64,000 nt of DNA from an uncultured Chitinophagales bacterium (GTDB taxonomy: Bacteria > Bacteroidota > Bacteroidia > Chitinophagales > S012-47). This document shows, one piece after another, positions 17,068 through 26,889 of this stretch. Position 1 is the stretch's first letter. Each line of letters opens with the position of its first letter. The position numbers and the translations under genes were made by a program. The notes under the pieces are model-generated. The model was not told where the DNA came from. It ran no database searches and saw only the letters and a list, made by a program, of their open reading frames with translations. Location: positions 20,780 to 84,779 of the forward strand of contig CAYYHM010000001.1 of the NCBI GenBank assembly GCA_964471795.1, in the 5' to 3' direction.

Positions 17068-20000
17068 ATGAGATATCTCAGTAGCCTTATTCTGCTATTC
17101 CTTGCGCTGAACAGCCCGGCACAGGTGATGGACAAGCCTTCCCCCTATGATATAGAACGTGCACCTGCCTGGGCGCAATTGATGTATGGTGACAAACCCA
17201 ATGTTTTCGAAGTTGATAGAGCCTACAGGAGTTACTACGCAGTTCATGATTTCGAGAAAAGCTACCACACACAGTATTACAAGAGATGGCGCCGACAGGT
17301 AGAAGGATTCATCGATATGGATGGCTATGTGGTAGGCCCAACGGAGCAGGATGTGCTGACAGGGCGCAGTACTTTTAGGGCGGCAGGGGGCTCATCAGGT
17401 GCCGGAAACTGGTCGTTGGTAGGTCCGCTCATCGCCTACAACACCTCAGCCTCCCCAACAGCGGTACAATCCAACATCTACAGTATCGATCAATCGGCTG
17501 CTCATCCCAATATCCTATACTGTGGCTCAGAAACCGGCGAGGTATATCGGAGCAACGATGGAGGACAGTCATGGACAAACGTGAGCCTGTTGCAGGCATT
17601 CGACGGGGGTATCCTGTCTGTTGAAGTCCACCCGGCAGATACCAACACCGTGTTTGTAGGGTCGGGGAGCTACATCTTCAAGTCGACGGATGGCGGCAAC
17701 ACATGGAGCCAGTCGTTGTACAACTGGCAGCTGCAACCGCATGAGCTGTTGGTGATACCTTCGCAGCCCAATACGGTGCTGGCAGCAACCTCGAAGGGTG
17801 TTTTCAGAAGTACGGACGGTGGTCAGGTGTGGAGCCAGCTATATCCGGAGCGTGCCTTCGATCTGGCATGTAATACCGGCAACGACAGTATCTTGTATCT
17901 CCTGAAACACAATGATTCCCTCAACATCTGCCAGTTCTTGCGGTCTGCCGATGCGGGCGCAACTTTTTCTGTACAGTCTAATGGCTGGTATGCCTCTGTC
18001 GACCCCAATCGGAACGATGGCGGAGGCAGGCTGGCGGTCAGCAATGCCAACCCCAACTATGTGTATGCCTATCTGATCGGAGAATCAAAAGCGGATGACA
18101 ACGGCTACATCGGCGTGTACAAGAGCACGGATGGAGGCACTACCTGGACTCTCCCCAACGGGCCTGCCGGTGGACCGTACGATTCGGTGCACATCAACCT
18201 GGCCATCGGCACGGTAGGCTGGCAATACCATCAGGGCTTCTACAATTGTGCCATCATGGCCTCCCATACCGACCCCGAGCAGATCAGGGTAGGGGGCCTC
18301 AATCTATATGGCTCCGACGATGGCGGCGCCACCTTTTATCCACTGGCAGGGTATGTGGGCGGTCCCTACAGCATGCATGTAGACATGCAGGATTTCCGGG
18401 CTATCGGAAACACTACCTGGATCACCACGGATGGCGGCATCTATCGCTCTGATGATTTCTTCAATACCAACGGATTCGAGGTGCGTATGTATGGCATTCA
18501 CAGCGCTGATTACTGGGGCTTCGGAAGTGGCTGGAATGAAGATGTGCTAATAGGTGGTTTGTACCACAACGGAAATCTGTCGTTCCATGAAAACTACGGG
18601 CATGGCAATTTTCTGCAATTGGGCGGTGGTGAGCCGGCCAGTGGATATGTGAATCAGGGTGAAAACCGCCGGGTATATTCTTCGGACATCAATGGCAGGA
18701 TACTGCCACTTGTGATAGGTGACCCGGTGAAGGAGGTAGGGTTTGGCATCGACCCCAATGAGCGCTATTGGGCAGTAGAAAGTACCGAGTTGGAGTTCGA
18801 CCCGAGATGTTACTCCATCGCCTATACCGGTAAGGATCACCAGCTGTGGAAGACAGAGGACAAAGGTGCCACCTTCCGGCTGCTGGTATCATTCGGCACC
18901 GATCCGGACAATCGGATCACCTACATAGAGCCTTCCTGGTCCAACCCCGACGTGTTGTACGTGTGTCAGCAAAACATCAATCCAATTTCAAGAGGAATGG
19001 TGTGGAAGTCAACCGATGGTGGCAAGACCTGGCGAGCCATCAGCATTCCCAGCGTTGGCAATACCCGTAAGATGCTGTTGCAGGTGGACCCTACGGATGA
19101 TGACAATCTATGGATCGCATTTGCCGAAACCGGCAACGGACAAAAAGTCTACCGTTCTATCAATGGAGGCGCTACCTGGATCAATATCACCACTGCTACC
19201 CTCAACAATCAGTCGCCGCGATCATTAAACCTGATCGGTGGTACAGATGGAGGCGTTTACCTGACTACCCAACATGCGGTCTTTTATCGCAACAACACGA
19301 TGTCCGACTGGGTAGATGTCGGTAATGGGCTTCCGGTGGTAGTGAACAGTAACATTGCCCGCCCGTTCTATCGCGATGGCAAGATACGCATAGCCACCTA
19401 CGGCAGGGGCATCTGGGAGAGCGAGTTGTATGAGCCGCAAGACGTTCCCGTAGCGCAGATCATGGTCGACAAGTTGGGCGCAGTGAGCCACTGCGAGCCG
19501 GATACTTTCCGGTATGTATGCCATTCCATGTTGCAACACGACAATGCCACCTGGGAGTGGACGTTTCAGGGTGGTACACCTGACATAGCTACCACCTGGC
19601 AGGCAGACGTGGCGTATACAACACCCGGCACATACCTCACCACGCTGAAAGTGACTGATGCCGACGGTGATGTGAGCATCGATTCCTTATACATCACCAT
19701 AGAACCTTTTCAGCCGCTGGCCATGTTGGAGGAAGACTTCGAAATGGCTTTCCCTCCCCAAGGATTTTCCATAGTCAACCCGGACGAAAGCATAACCTGG
19801 GAGTTGAAAGATGATGTAGGCGGGTATGGCACTAGCAATCAGTGCATGTTCATCAGAGGCTACGACTACACAGCTGTAGGGCAGGATGATGATGCAGTAG
19901 TTAGCGTCGACATGACGGCAATGTATGATGCATGGCTCACCTTCGACGTGGCTTATGCCCGCTGGGGTGGGGGCTATTCCGATTCGCTGGAGGTATTGGT

Positions 20001-20499
20001 TTCCACGGATTGTGGCGCCACTGAGCAGACATTGTATTTCAAGGGAGGCACTGAACTGGCTACAGCGCCGGACTTTCAGGATGGCTGGTTTGTTCCTGCC
20101 GATACGCAGTGGCGAACCGACAGCGTGGATCTATCGGCATTCTTCGGGTACGAAGATGTCATCATCACGTTTCGCCATCATTGTGGGTGGGGGCAGAATA
20201 CCTACCTGGATAACATCAGTATTGAAGCACAATCCATCGTAGGTGTCCAAGAGCCTGATGTTGAAGAGTACCTCTTTGTATACCCTAACCCGGTTTCCGG
20301 TGATGGCCTCATACATATCGCCTCCAGTCTGGCAGAGCCAATTCAAGTTGACATCTATTCCATGGATGGCAAACGAGTGTATCGTGGTAGTCATGCAGCA
20401 GGCACAGCAATATCTTCCCATGGTGTATCATCGGGATCCTATGTGTATGTCCTGTCTGCCAGCCGGCTCATCCAAAGAGGGGTGTTGGTAGTTCCATGA
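17068..20499 (+). CDS. large secreted BNR/Asp-box repeat (sortilin/GH74-like) protein with PKD-like domain and type A T9SS C-terminal sorting domain
   Basis: About ten S-x-D-x-G-x-T-W boxes (SNDGGQSWTN, STDGGNTWSQ, STDGGTTWTL, STDGGKTWRA and others) and the signal peptide MRYLSSLILLFLALNSPAQV. The C-terminus reads LFVYPNPVSGDGLIHI...GSYVYVL.... The track start at 17017 is TTG. Confidence 0.85.
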   Translation: MRYLSSLILLFLALNSPAQVMDKPSPYDIERAPAWAQLMYGDKPNVFEVDRAYRSYYAVHDFEKSYHTQYYKRWRRQVEGFIDMDGYVVGPTEQDVLTGRSTFRAAGGSSGAGNWSLVGPLIAYNTSASPTAVQSNIYSIDQSAAHPNILYCGSETGEVYRSNDGGQSWTNVSLLQAFDGGILSVEVHPADTNTVFVGSGSYIFKSTDGGNTWSQSLYNWQLQPHELLVIPSQPNTVLAATSKGVFRSTDGGQVWSQLYPERAFDLACNTGNDSILYLLKHNDSLNICQFLRSADAGATFSVQSNGWYASVDPNRNDGGGRLAVSNANPNYVYAYLIGESKADDNGYIGVYKSTDGGTTWTLPNGPAGGPYDSVHINLAIGTVGWQYHQGFYNCAIMASHTDPEQIRVGGLNLYGSDDGGATFYPLAGYVGGPYSMHVDMQDFRAIGNTTWITTDGGIYRSDDFFNTNGFEVRMYGIHSADYWGFGSGWNEDVLIGGLYHNGNLSFHENYGHGNFLQLGGGEPASGYVNQGENRRVYSSDINGRILPLVIGDPVKEVGFGIDPNERYWAVESTELEFDPRCYSIAYTGKDHQLWKTEDKGATFRLLVSFGTDPDNRITYIEPSWSNPDVLYVCQQNINPISRGMVWKSTDGGKTWRAISIPSVGNTRKMLLQVDPTDDDNLWIAFAETGNGQKVYRSINGGATWINITTATLNNQSPRSLNLIGGTDGGVYLTTQHAVFYRNNTMSDWVDVGNGLPVVVNSNIARPFYRDGKIRIATYGRGIWESELYEPQDVPVAQIMVDKLGAVSHCEPDTFRYVCHSMLQHDNATWEWTFQGGTPDIATTWQADVAYTTPGTYLTTLKVTDADGDVSIDSLYITIEPFQPLAMLEEDFEMAFPPQGFSIVNPDESITWELKDDVGGYGTSNQCMFIRGYDYTAVGQDDDAVVSVDMTAMYDAWLTFDVAYARWGGGYSDSLEVLVSTDCGATEQTLYFKGGTELATAPDFQDGWFVPADTQWRTDSVDLSAFFGYEDVIITFRHHCGWGQNTYLDNISIEAQSIVGVQEPDVEEYLFVYPNPVSGDGLIHIASSLAEPIQVDIYSMDGKRVYRGSHAAGTAISSHGVSSGSYVYVLSASRLIQRGVLVVP

Positions 20500-20614
20500 T
20501 GCAGATGCTTTGGCAAATGGCATTTGACGGAACAGAGGTCGGGATGATTTTGCTGAATATTTATGGGGGTGAAAGTTTTCAAGTAATTTCAAGGCACAGA
20601 AACAAATAACATCT

Positions 20615-23539
20615 ATGAAGAAGTTGATGGTAATAATGGCGGCAGCCCTGTTTTCCTGTCAGTTTTTGACAGCTCAGGAAGGATTGTCGGATCCGGATCG
20701 GGGCAGGATTGTTTTTGCCGACAAGTCTATGTATGCAGATCCGGTGGTGCAGGAGCAGCTTCGGGAAGCCCCCTTCTGGCAAGGGTTTACTGCGGCACAT
20801 GGCAGCTGGTGGGTGCAGTTCAATGAAACCACCGGGTTGCCTCACAAGGCTACCGGCACATCGGTGGCACTGGCAGGATCGGATCCGGTAACCGCCGCAC
20901 AGCAGTTTGTGTCAACAGTGATGGATATGGCAGGCTATCAGATGCCCCATCTGGTGAACTGGCGGGCAACAGCAGCTAACGGCCATATCCTGGTAAACGC
21001 CGAACAAGAGATAGATGGTCTGCCGGTATTGTGGAGCCGGGCTACCTTCCGTCTTACGGGAGACCTCCGATTGATCATGTTCGGTCTGGATGTATATCCC
21101 GAAGCCACCAAACCTGATGGCCCTACCCTGGACAGGCAGTCGCTGGAAGCTACAGCAACAGCAGGGCTGGATGGCTCTGTCGTGCGCCTTGACTGGGGAC
21201 GGCAGGCGCTGATACAGGTTCCTGCAATGGAACAAGGCCATGCGATGCGGCTGGTACAGGAAGTGTGGGTATCAACGGACGTAGAAGGTCATCCCGGTCG
21301 TTACTACACGCTTGTAGACTTACACACCGGTAAGGTGTGGTATCGGGTCAACAAAGTACATACATGCGCCCCACGGCAAGCAGACGTCACCATTACCGGC
21401 AATGTAGTGGACAATCCCTTACGGGCGGCAGTGCCCTATGCATTTCCTGACCTGATGGTAACGATTGGTGCCGATACGTTCTACACCGATGCCGCCGGTA
21501 CGATCAATCTGCCCAATCTCACACAACCTGCAGTTGCCACTGTTTACATGGCAGGTCGCCATGCCAGGGTAGTCAATAACCAAACGGGCTTGACACCCTC
21601 CATCACTGACACCTTGTATCCGGGCAATAATCGGATCGATGTAACCGATCGCTTTCTACCATCCGAGTTGGCAGGCTACTACAATACAGACCTGATTCAT
21701 GACCACATGAAGTCATACACGCCGGCAGGATTCGACTACATGGATTCTGCCTTCACAGTGAATGTGGAACTTACCTCCGGCAATTGCAACGCTTTCTACA
21801 ATGGGATTTCCATCAATTTTTATGCACAGGGAGGTGGCTGTCCGGCTACAGCCTTGTTCAATGATGTAGTATTCCACGAGTATGGTCATGGCATCAACTA
21901 TGAGTTCTACGACTATAACGGGGGTTCTTTCGGCAATGGCGCTCAGCAGGAAGGATATGCAGACGTGTGGGCTATCAGCCGCACCTTCGATCCGGTGTTA
22001 GGGGCAGGTTTTCAGGGAGCTGCCGGCACCTATGTACGGCGCTATGACATGAACCGCAAGGTGTATCCCCAGGATCTGGTAGGGCAAGTTCATGCCGATG
22101 GCGAGATCATAGCAGGCGCCTGGTATGATACCTATCTGCTGTTGGGCAACATGGACACCATGATGCGTCTGTTCGTAGCGGCACAGCTCAACACGCCTGA
22201 TCAGCCCGATGGTTTTGAGGGGCAGCTCTATGCGGATATCCTGCTGGAGGCCTTACTTTCCGATGATGATGACGGCAACCTGTTCAACGGTACACCCAAC
22301 GATTCGGCAATCATTCATGGATTTGCGCTGCATGGCATATCGCTGATCACTAACGCAACACTTACCCACAACGATCCCATCATGCTACCTGCGGCGCAGC
22401 CCGTTACGCTTACTGCCAGGTTGGTTACGTCATTGCCGACCTACCTGGGCGGCGTATTCCTGAACTACCGCACAGACAGGACAGCACCCTATACAAAGGT
22501 GGCTATGACCTCATCCGGAGGAGCGAATTATGACTATCAGTTTTCCGCCTTGCCGGAAGGCACCTTGCTGGAATATTACTTCACTGCAGAAGATGTCTTT
22601 GGCATTGAAGCGCTGGCTGATCCGGTAGGTGCCAATGCAGCAGATCCCGGACTGCCGTATTATCTGCTGATCGGGTTTGAGCAGAAGCTGCGGGAAGATT
22701 TCGACATCAACTTTGGGGGATGGCTCGTGGACCCGTTTGGAGATGATGACGCTACCACGGGAGCCTGGGAGGTGAACGCACCCAATGCCTCTTTCGATAA
22801 CAGTAACATCATCGTGCAGACGGGGACAGATCATACGCCGGCCAACAACGACAACCTGTGTGCCTTTACGGGCAACGCAGCCAATGGTGCGCAGATGGGA
22901 GCCAATGACGTGGATCAGGGTAAGACAACCATCCAATCGCCGGAGTTCGACCTCTCAGGATATAAGGAGCCGGCAATCGGTTATTGGCGGTGGTTCATCA
23001 ATAATCCCGCAGGCGGCGCCAATCCGGGCAATGACCCCTGGCAGGTATTCATCTCCAATGATGGACAAAGTTGGGTGAAAGTAGAGCGTACATTCACCAG
23101 CGATAGAAGCTGGCGGCAAAAGGTGATACGGGTGGAGGAATACGTTCAGCCTACAGCCACCGTATCGCTGTTGTTCATTGCTCAGGATAGCTTGATACAA
23201 GGAGCCAACCTTAACGGTGGCAGCATCGTAGAAGCAGCTATAGACGACCTCACATTATTTGACCTGCCCTCTACACCAACGGGTTTGGCTGAATTGTCCT
23301 TGCAGCCGGTCATCTTCCCCAACCCGGGATCCAATATGCTGCAAGTATCACTACCCGGTCAGGATGTAATCCGTGCCATTGAAGTGTTCGATGTGTCCGG
23401 TAGACTATCCTGGCAGCAAACCATCGCTGATGAGCAGCAATACATGTTGTCTACTGAGCAGTGGGCGGAAGGTGTGTATCAAATCAGGATCTATGGCCGA
23501 ACCGGTGTGTTTACCGGCCAATGGGTGCTGCAACGATAG
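20615..23539 (+). CDS. secreted zinc metalloprotease (HExxH) with type A T9SS C-terminal sorting domain
   Basis: Signal peptide MKKLMVIMAAALFSCQFLTAQ and zinc motif VVFHEYGHGI. The C-terminus reads IFPNPGSNMLQVSL...GVYQIRIYG.... The peptidase family is not resolved by eye. Confidence 0.82.
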   Translation: MKKLMVIMAAALFSCQFLTAQEGLSDPDRGRIVFADKSMYADPVVQEQLREAPFWQGFTAAHGSWWVQFNETTGLPHKATGTSVALAGSDPVTAAQQFVSTVMDMAGYQMPHLVNWRATAANGHILVNAEQEIDGLPVLWSRATFRLTGDLRLIMFGLDVYPEATKPDGPTLDRQSLEATATAGLDGSVVRLDWGRQALIQVPAMEQGHAMRLVQEVWVSTDVEGHPGRYYTLVDLHTGKVWYRVNKVHTCAPRQADVTITGNVVDNPLRAAVPYAFPDLMVTIGADTFYTDAAGTINLPNLTQPAVATVYMAGRHARVVNNQTGLTPSITDTLYPGNNRIDVTDRFLPSELAGYYNTDLIHDHMKSYTPAGFDYMDSAFTVNVELTSGNCNAFYNGISINFYAQGGGCPATALFNDVVFHEYGHGINYEFYDYNGGSFGNGAQQEGYADVWAISRTFDPVLGAGFQGAAGTYVRRYDMNRKVYPQDLVGQVHADGEIIAGAWYDTYLLLGNMDTMMRLFVAAQLNTPDQPDGFEGQLYADILLEALLSDDDDGNLFNGTPNDSAIIHGFALHGISLITNATLTHNDPIMLPAAQPVTLTARLVTSLPTYLGGVFLNYRTDRTAPYTKVAMTSSGGANYDYQFSALPEGTLLEYYFTAEDVFGIEALADPVGANAADPGLPYYLLIGFEQKLREDFDINFGGWLVDPFGDDDATTGAWEVNAPNASFDNSNIIVQTGTDHTPANNDNLCAFTGNAANGAQMGANDVDQGKTTIQSPEFDLSGYKEPAIGYWRWFINNPAGGANPGNDPWQVFISNDGQSWVKVERTFTSDRSWRQKVIRVEEYVQPTATVSLLFIAQDSLIQGANLNGGSIVEAAIDDLTLFDLPSTPTGLAELSLQPVIFPNPGSNMLQVSLPGQDVIRAIEVFDVSGRLSWQQTIADEQQYMLSTEQWAEGVYQIRIYGRTGVFTGQWVLQR

Positions 23540-23570
23540 GGTTTGTCCACATACGGCAGATCAACCAAAA

Positions 23571-23595
23571 GGGGCTTTCCACAGCCCCTTTTTTT
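23571..23595 (+). terminator. rho-independent terminator after the metalloprotease gene
   Basis: GGGGCT-ttccac-AGCCCC followed by seven T. Confidence 0.7.
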
Positions 23596-23641
23596 GTCGT
23601 GCTGCTTCATTTGGATATTTTAGGGGCTAATCTTGGAAACT

Positions 23642-25474
23642 ATGGGTAGAATTTTGGTGATGTTGGTGCTGTGCTTTGGTCTGATGTTCCGTGTGCAGGC
23701 ACAGGATACTGTGTTGGTAAAGATGGCTACGGAAGACGAGCTGTCGATCGATGAACAGATAAATGCAAAGGTGGAACCGGTGACGAAGATGGTAGAAGAC
23801 ATCGTCTTCTTCAGTATACCGTTGACCAAGGAACTGGTGGTGAAAGAAGTGCGGGGGGATAAATCGGTTATTGTTGATGAAGCACCGTATGATATCACCT
23901 ACGATAACAGCAGTGACATCCCCACGGGCAAATCCTTCTCCATCACATTTATTAGCCCCACAAGGTACCAGCTGTCGTACAAGTATTTTGACGCCAGAGG
24001 GAACGAATACCGTATAGACAGGCAAGAAGATTTTGGAGAAGAAGTGGCACTGGATGGATTTCGGTTTACCGTATCTCACAATGAGCAGGTCCGCATTACA
24101 ACGGACTATCGTTTTGCGGTGCAGCAGGTTTCCATCCCCTTTGTGCTGATATGGTTGATTATCGGAGCAGTTGTTTTTACATTGGCCTTCCGGTTTGTCA
24201 ACATTACCAAGTTCCGACTGGCAGTCGATATCGTTCGCGGCAAGTATTCAGACCCCAGCGAGTCCGGTGAGGTATCCCATTTTCAGGCATTGACAGCGGC
24301 CTTGAGTGCCACGGTAGGCCTCGGTAACATAGCGGGAGTAGCCATCGCCATCAGTTTAGGTGGCCCGGGTGCTACTTTCTGGATGATTCTAGCCGGTCTA
24401 TTGGGTATGTCATCGAAGTTCGTAGAATGTACCCTCGGCACCAAGTTCAGGCGGATTGATGACAAGGGGGTAGTGCATGGTGGCCCTATGTATTACCTAA
24501 GCGAAGGACTGAAGCAGAAAGGTCTGGCTGGACTGGGTAAGGTGCTGGCAGTATTCTTCTCCATCATGTGCATTGGCGGTTCCTTTGGCGGTGGCAACAT
24601 GTTCCAGGTGAATCAGGCCTTCAAGCAGTTTGCCAACGTGATTCCTGTAGCCGGGCCTTTGGCGCAAGGTTGGGTGTTTGGCATCCTCATGGCCATCCTG
24701 GTGGCCTTGGTCATCATCGGCGGCATCAAGAGTATTGCCGGTGTTACGGAGAAGATCGTACCCTTCATGGTGGGGATATATGTGCTGGCAGCTCTGGTAA
24801 TCATCATTGGCCACATCCAGGACGTGCCGGCCACATTTGGGTTGATATTTTCAGGTGCTTTTGCACCAGAGGCCGTTACCGGAGGGGTAGTAGGGGTGCT
24901 GATACAAGGATTCCGTAGGGCAGCTTTCTCCAATGAAGCCGGCATCGGATCAGCCTCCATCGCCCACGCTGCCGTTAAGACAAATAACCCGGTAAGCGAA
25001 GGACTGGTGTCACTGCTGGAGCCATTCATTGATACAGTGGTGGTATGCACCATGACAGCTCTGGTGATCATCATCACCGGAAATTACCTGGATGCGGAGG
25101 TGTCGGATGGAATTGCGCTCACGTCGGCAGCCTTCAGCGATGTGATTTCCTGGTTCCCGTACATTTTGGCACTGGCCGTTATCCTGTTTGCTTTCAGTAC
25201 CATGATTTCCTGGTCGTATTACGGATTGCAGAGCTGGAAGTACTTGTTTGGTCATTCCCGGAAGGCTGACATCTCCTACAAGTTGCTTTTCTGTGTGGTG
25301 GTAATTATAGGTGCCTCGTTGGATCTGAATCCGGTAGTCGGGTTTTCGGATGCCATGATCTTTGCCATGTCATTTCCGAACATGCTCGGGATGTATTTCC
25401 TGTTACCGGTAGTGCGTCGGGAATTACAGGGTTATCTGGAGAAGATTCGTTCCGGCGAGATTGTACGACGGTAG
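23642..25474 (+). CDS. alanine/glycine:cation symporter (AGCS) family transporter with N-terminal insertion
   Basis: AGCS signature [23 protein letters not shown] and about 10 TM segments. The ATG at 23642 is preferred over the track's TTG at 23633. Confidence 0.88.
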   Translation: MGRILVMLVLCFGLMFRVQAQDTVLVKMATEDELSIDEQINAKVEPVTKMVEDIVFFSIPLTKELVVKEVRGDKSVIVDEAPYDITYDNSSDIPTGKSFSITFISPTRYQLSYKYFDARGNEYRIDRQEDFGEEVALDGFRFTVSHNEQVRITTDYRFAVQQVSIPFVLIWLIIGAVVFTLAFRFVNITKFRLAVDIVRGKYSDPSESGEVSHFQALTAALSATVGLGNIAGVAIAISLGGPGATFWMILAGLLGMSSKFVECTLGTKFRRIDDKGVVHGGPMYYLSEGLKQKGLAGLGKVLAVFFSIMCIGGSFGGGNMFQVNQAFKQFANVIPVAGPLAQGWVFGILMAILVALVIIGGIKSIAGVTEKIVPFMVGIYVLAALVIIIGHIQDVPATFGLIFSGAFAPEAVTGGVVGVLIQGFRRAAFSNEAGIGSASIAHAAVKTNNPVSEGLVSLLEPFIDTVVVCTMTALVIIITGNYLDAEVSDGIALTSAAFSDVISWFPYILALAVILFAFSTMISWSYYGLQSWKYLFGHSRKADISYKLLFCVVVIIGASLDLNPVVGFSDAMIFAMSFPNMLGMYFLLPVVRRELQGYLEKIRSGEIVRR

Positions 25475-25529
25475 GCACGGTATTTCCGCTTGGGTTGACT
25501 AACTTGGGAGGACAAATACCCTCAAGTAG

Positions 25530-26591
25530 ATGTCACTCCGAGAACTCTTCCTGTTCACCAACAAGGAAAAAAGAGGACTTGCCGTATTGCTGTTCCTCCT
25601 GTCCATGTCCATAGCAATCCCTACCTGGCTGGGGCAGGTAGTGCTGCAAAAACCGGAGCCCGTAAGCCCTGTTCCGCTCATCTATTCTGCGCCAGCAGCA
25701 GAGACTGGGATGGCTGATAGCCCACCAGCATACTTTGCATTCAATCCGAATGAACTTGATTCTATAGGCTGGCTCAAGCTTGGATTTACACCGGCGCAGG
25801 CGTCCACTGCAATGAAATACAGGCGCAACGGGGGCTATTTTCGTCAGCGGGATGACTTGTTGAAGTTATACTTCATTGACAAAGAGACCTATCTGGCACT
25901 ACGTTACTTCATCCGCATTGATGCAGAAAGGCCTTCAATTTCATCCGAAGCAACCACATCCACAGCCGCCATAGATATCAATGTGGCTACAGCCGAAGAT
26001 TGGGCAGCATTACCCGGTATCGGGCCGGTGCTCAGCAGCCGCATTGTTGCATACCGGAATAGCCTAGGTGGTTTCGATTCCATTCCTCAGTTGTTGCAGG
26101 TGTATGGCATCAAGGAATCGTGGCTGGCAGAAAACAGTAGCAGACTGCAGGTAAAGGCTCCTCCCGACAGGACTTCCAGTCCTGCCACCCCTGCCATAGT
26201 ACCAATCGATATCAACAGTGCTGACTCCGCCCAGCTGGATGCTTTGCCGGGAATAGGGCCCTATTTGTCCAGACAAATTGTGCAATACAGAAATCGGTTG
26301 GGCGGCTTTATCGATACGGCTCAAGTCAGGGAGGTTCCGGGTATCAGGCAGGAGCATATAGTAAAAGTGGCCCCCTATGTATCCATAGGATTACCACCGC
26401 GTCAATTATCGCTGAGCAATGCCTCTCAGGGAGAGCTGGCTCAGCATCCCTACATAGGAGCATCCCTGGCAGCGTTCATCGTAAGCTATCGGCTGCGGAA
26501 CGGCGGATTTACTTCAGTGGAGGAGTTGCTGAACTCGTATCAGGTGGATGCGGCAAGGCTCGAGCGGTTGCGACCTTACATTGTGCCCTGA
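25530..26591 (+). CDS. ComEA-like helix-hairpin-helix DNA-binding protein (tandem modules)
   Basis: An N-terminal TM is followed by repeated modules of the form ...LPGIGPxLSxxIVxYRNxLGGF.... Three are clear and a degenerate fourth is visible. Confidence 0.8.
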   Translation: MSLRELFLFTNKEKRGLAVLLFLLSMSIAIPTWLGQVVLQKPEPVSPVPLIYSAPAAETGMADSPPAYFAFNPNELDSIGWLKLGFTPAQASTAMKYRRNGGYFRQRDDLLKLYFIDKETYLALRYFIRIDAERPSISSEATTSTAAIDINVATAEDWAALPGIGPVLSSRIVAYRNSLGGFDSIPQLLQVYGIKESWLAENSSRLQVKAPPDRTSSPATPAIVPIDINSADSAQLDALPGIGPYLSRQIVQYRNRLGGFIDTAQVREVPGIRQEHIVKVAPYVSIGLPPRQLSLSNASQGELAQHPYIGASLAAFIVSYRLRNGGFTSVEELLNSYQVDAARLERLRPYIVP

Positions 26592-26862
26592 TTTGAGCAT
26601 CCGGTAAATAAGGGCGATTGGGGGAATTTTGCTGCCTGCTCGGCAGAATGCTAAGCGTATATGTGCCTTGTGGTACAATTTCTGTCAATGTTCGAGATAT
26701 TACCAATTGCCCCAGCATTCAGTAATGCGCCATATCTCGGCTGGGAAACATTTCCACCATGGCACTTCGTGTCCTTACCAATGCAGCTGCGGTTTAGGGC
26801 TGAAAAGGCTAAACAATCCGGCAGTTTCAATTGTCCTCCTAATTAGTCAGGTTAGTTTCAGG

Positions 26863-26870
26863 TATATTTG
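26863..26870 (+). promoter_or_regulatory. candidate -7 box TATATTTG
   Basis: Lies 19 nt upstream of the acyl-CoA dehydrogenase ATG. Confidence 0.4.
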
Positions 26871-26889
26871 AAGAAATAAACGCAAGAGC

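Noticed and set aside
26629-26871. Small ORFs (80 aa and 61 aa) in the comEA to acyl-CoA dehydrogenase spacer
   Set aside because: They lack a promoter box or start context and have odd composition (Cys/Trp/Phe-rich). They overlap each other in different frames. The region is reported as unexplained non-coding sequence instead.
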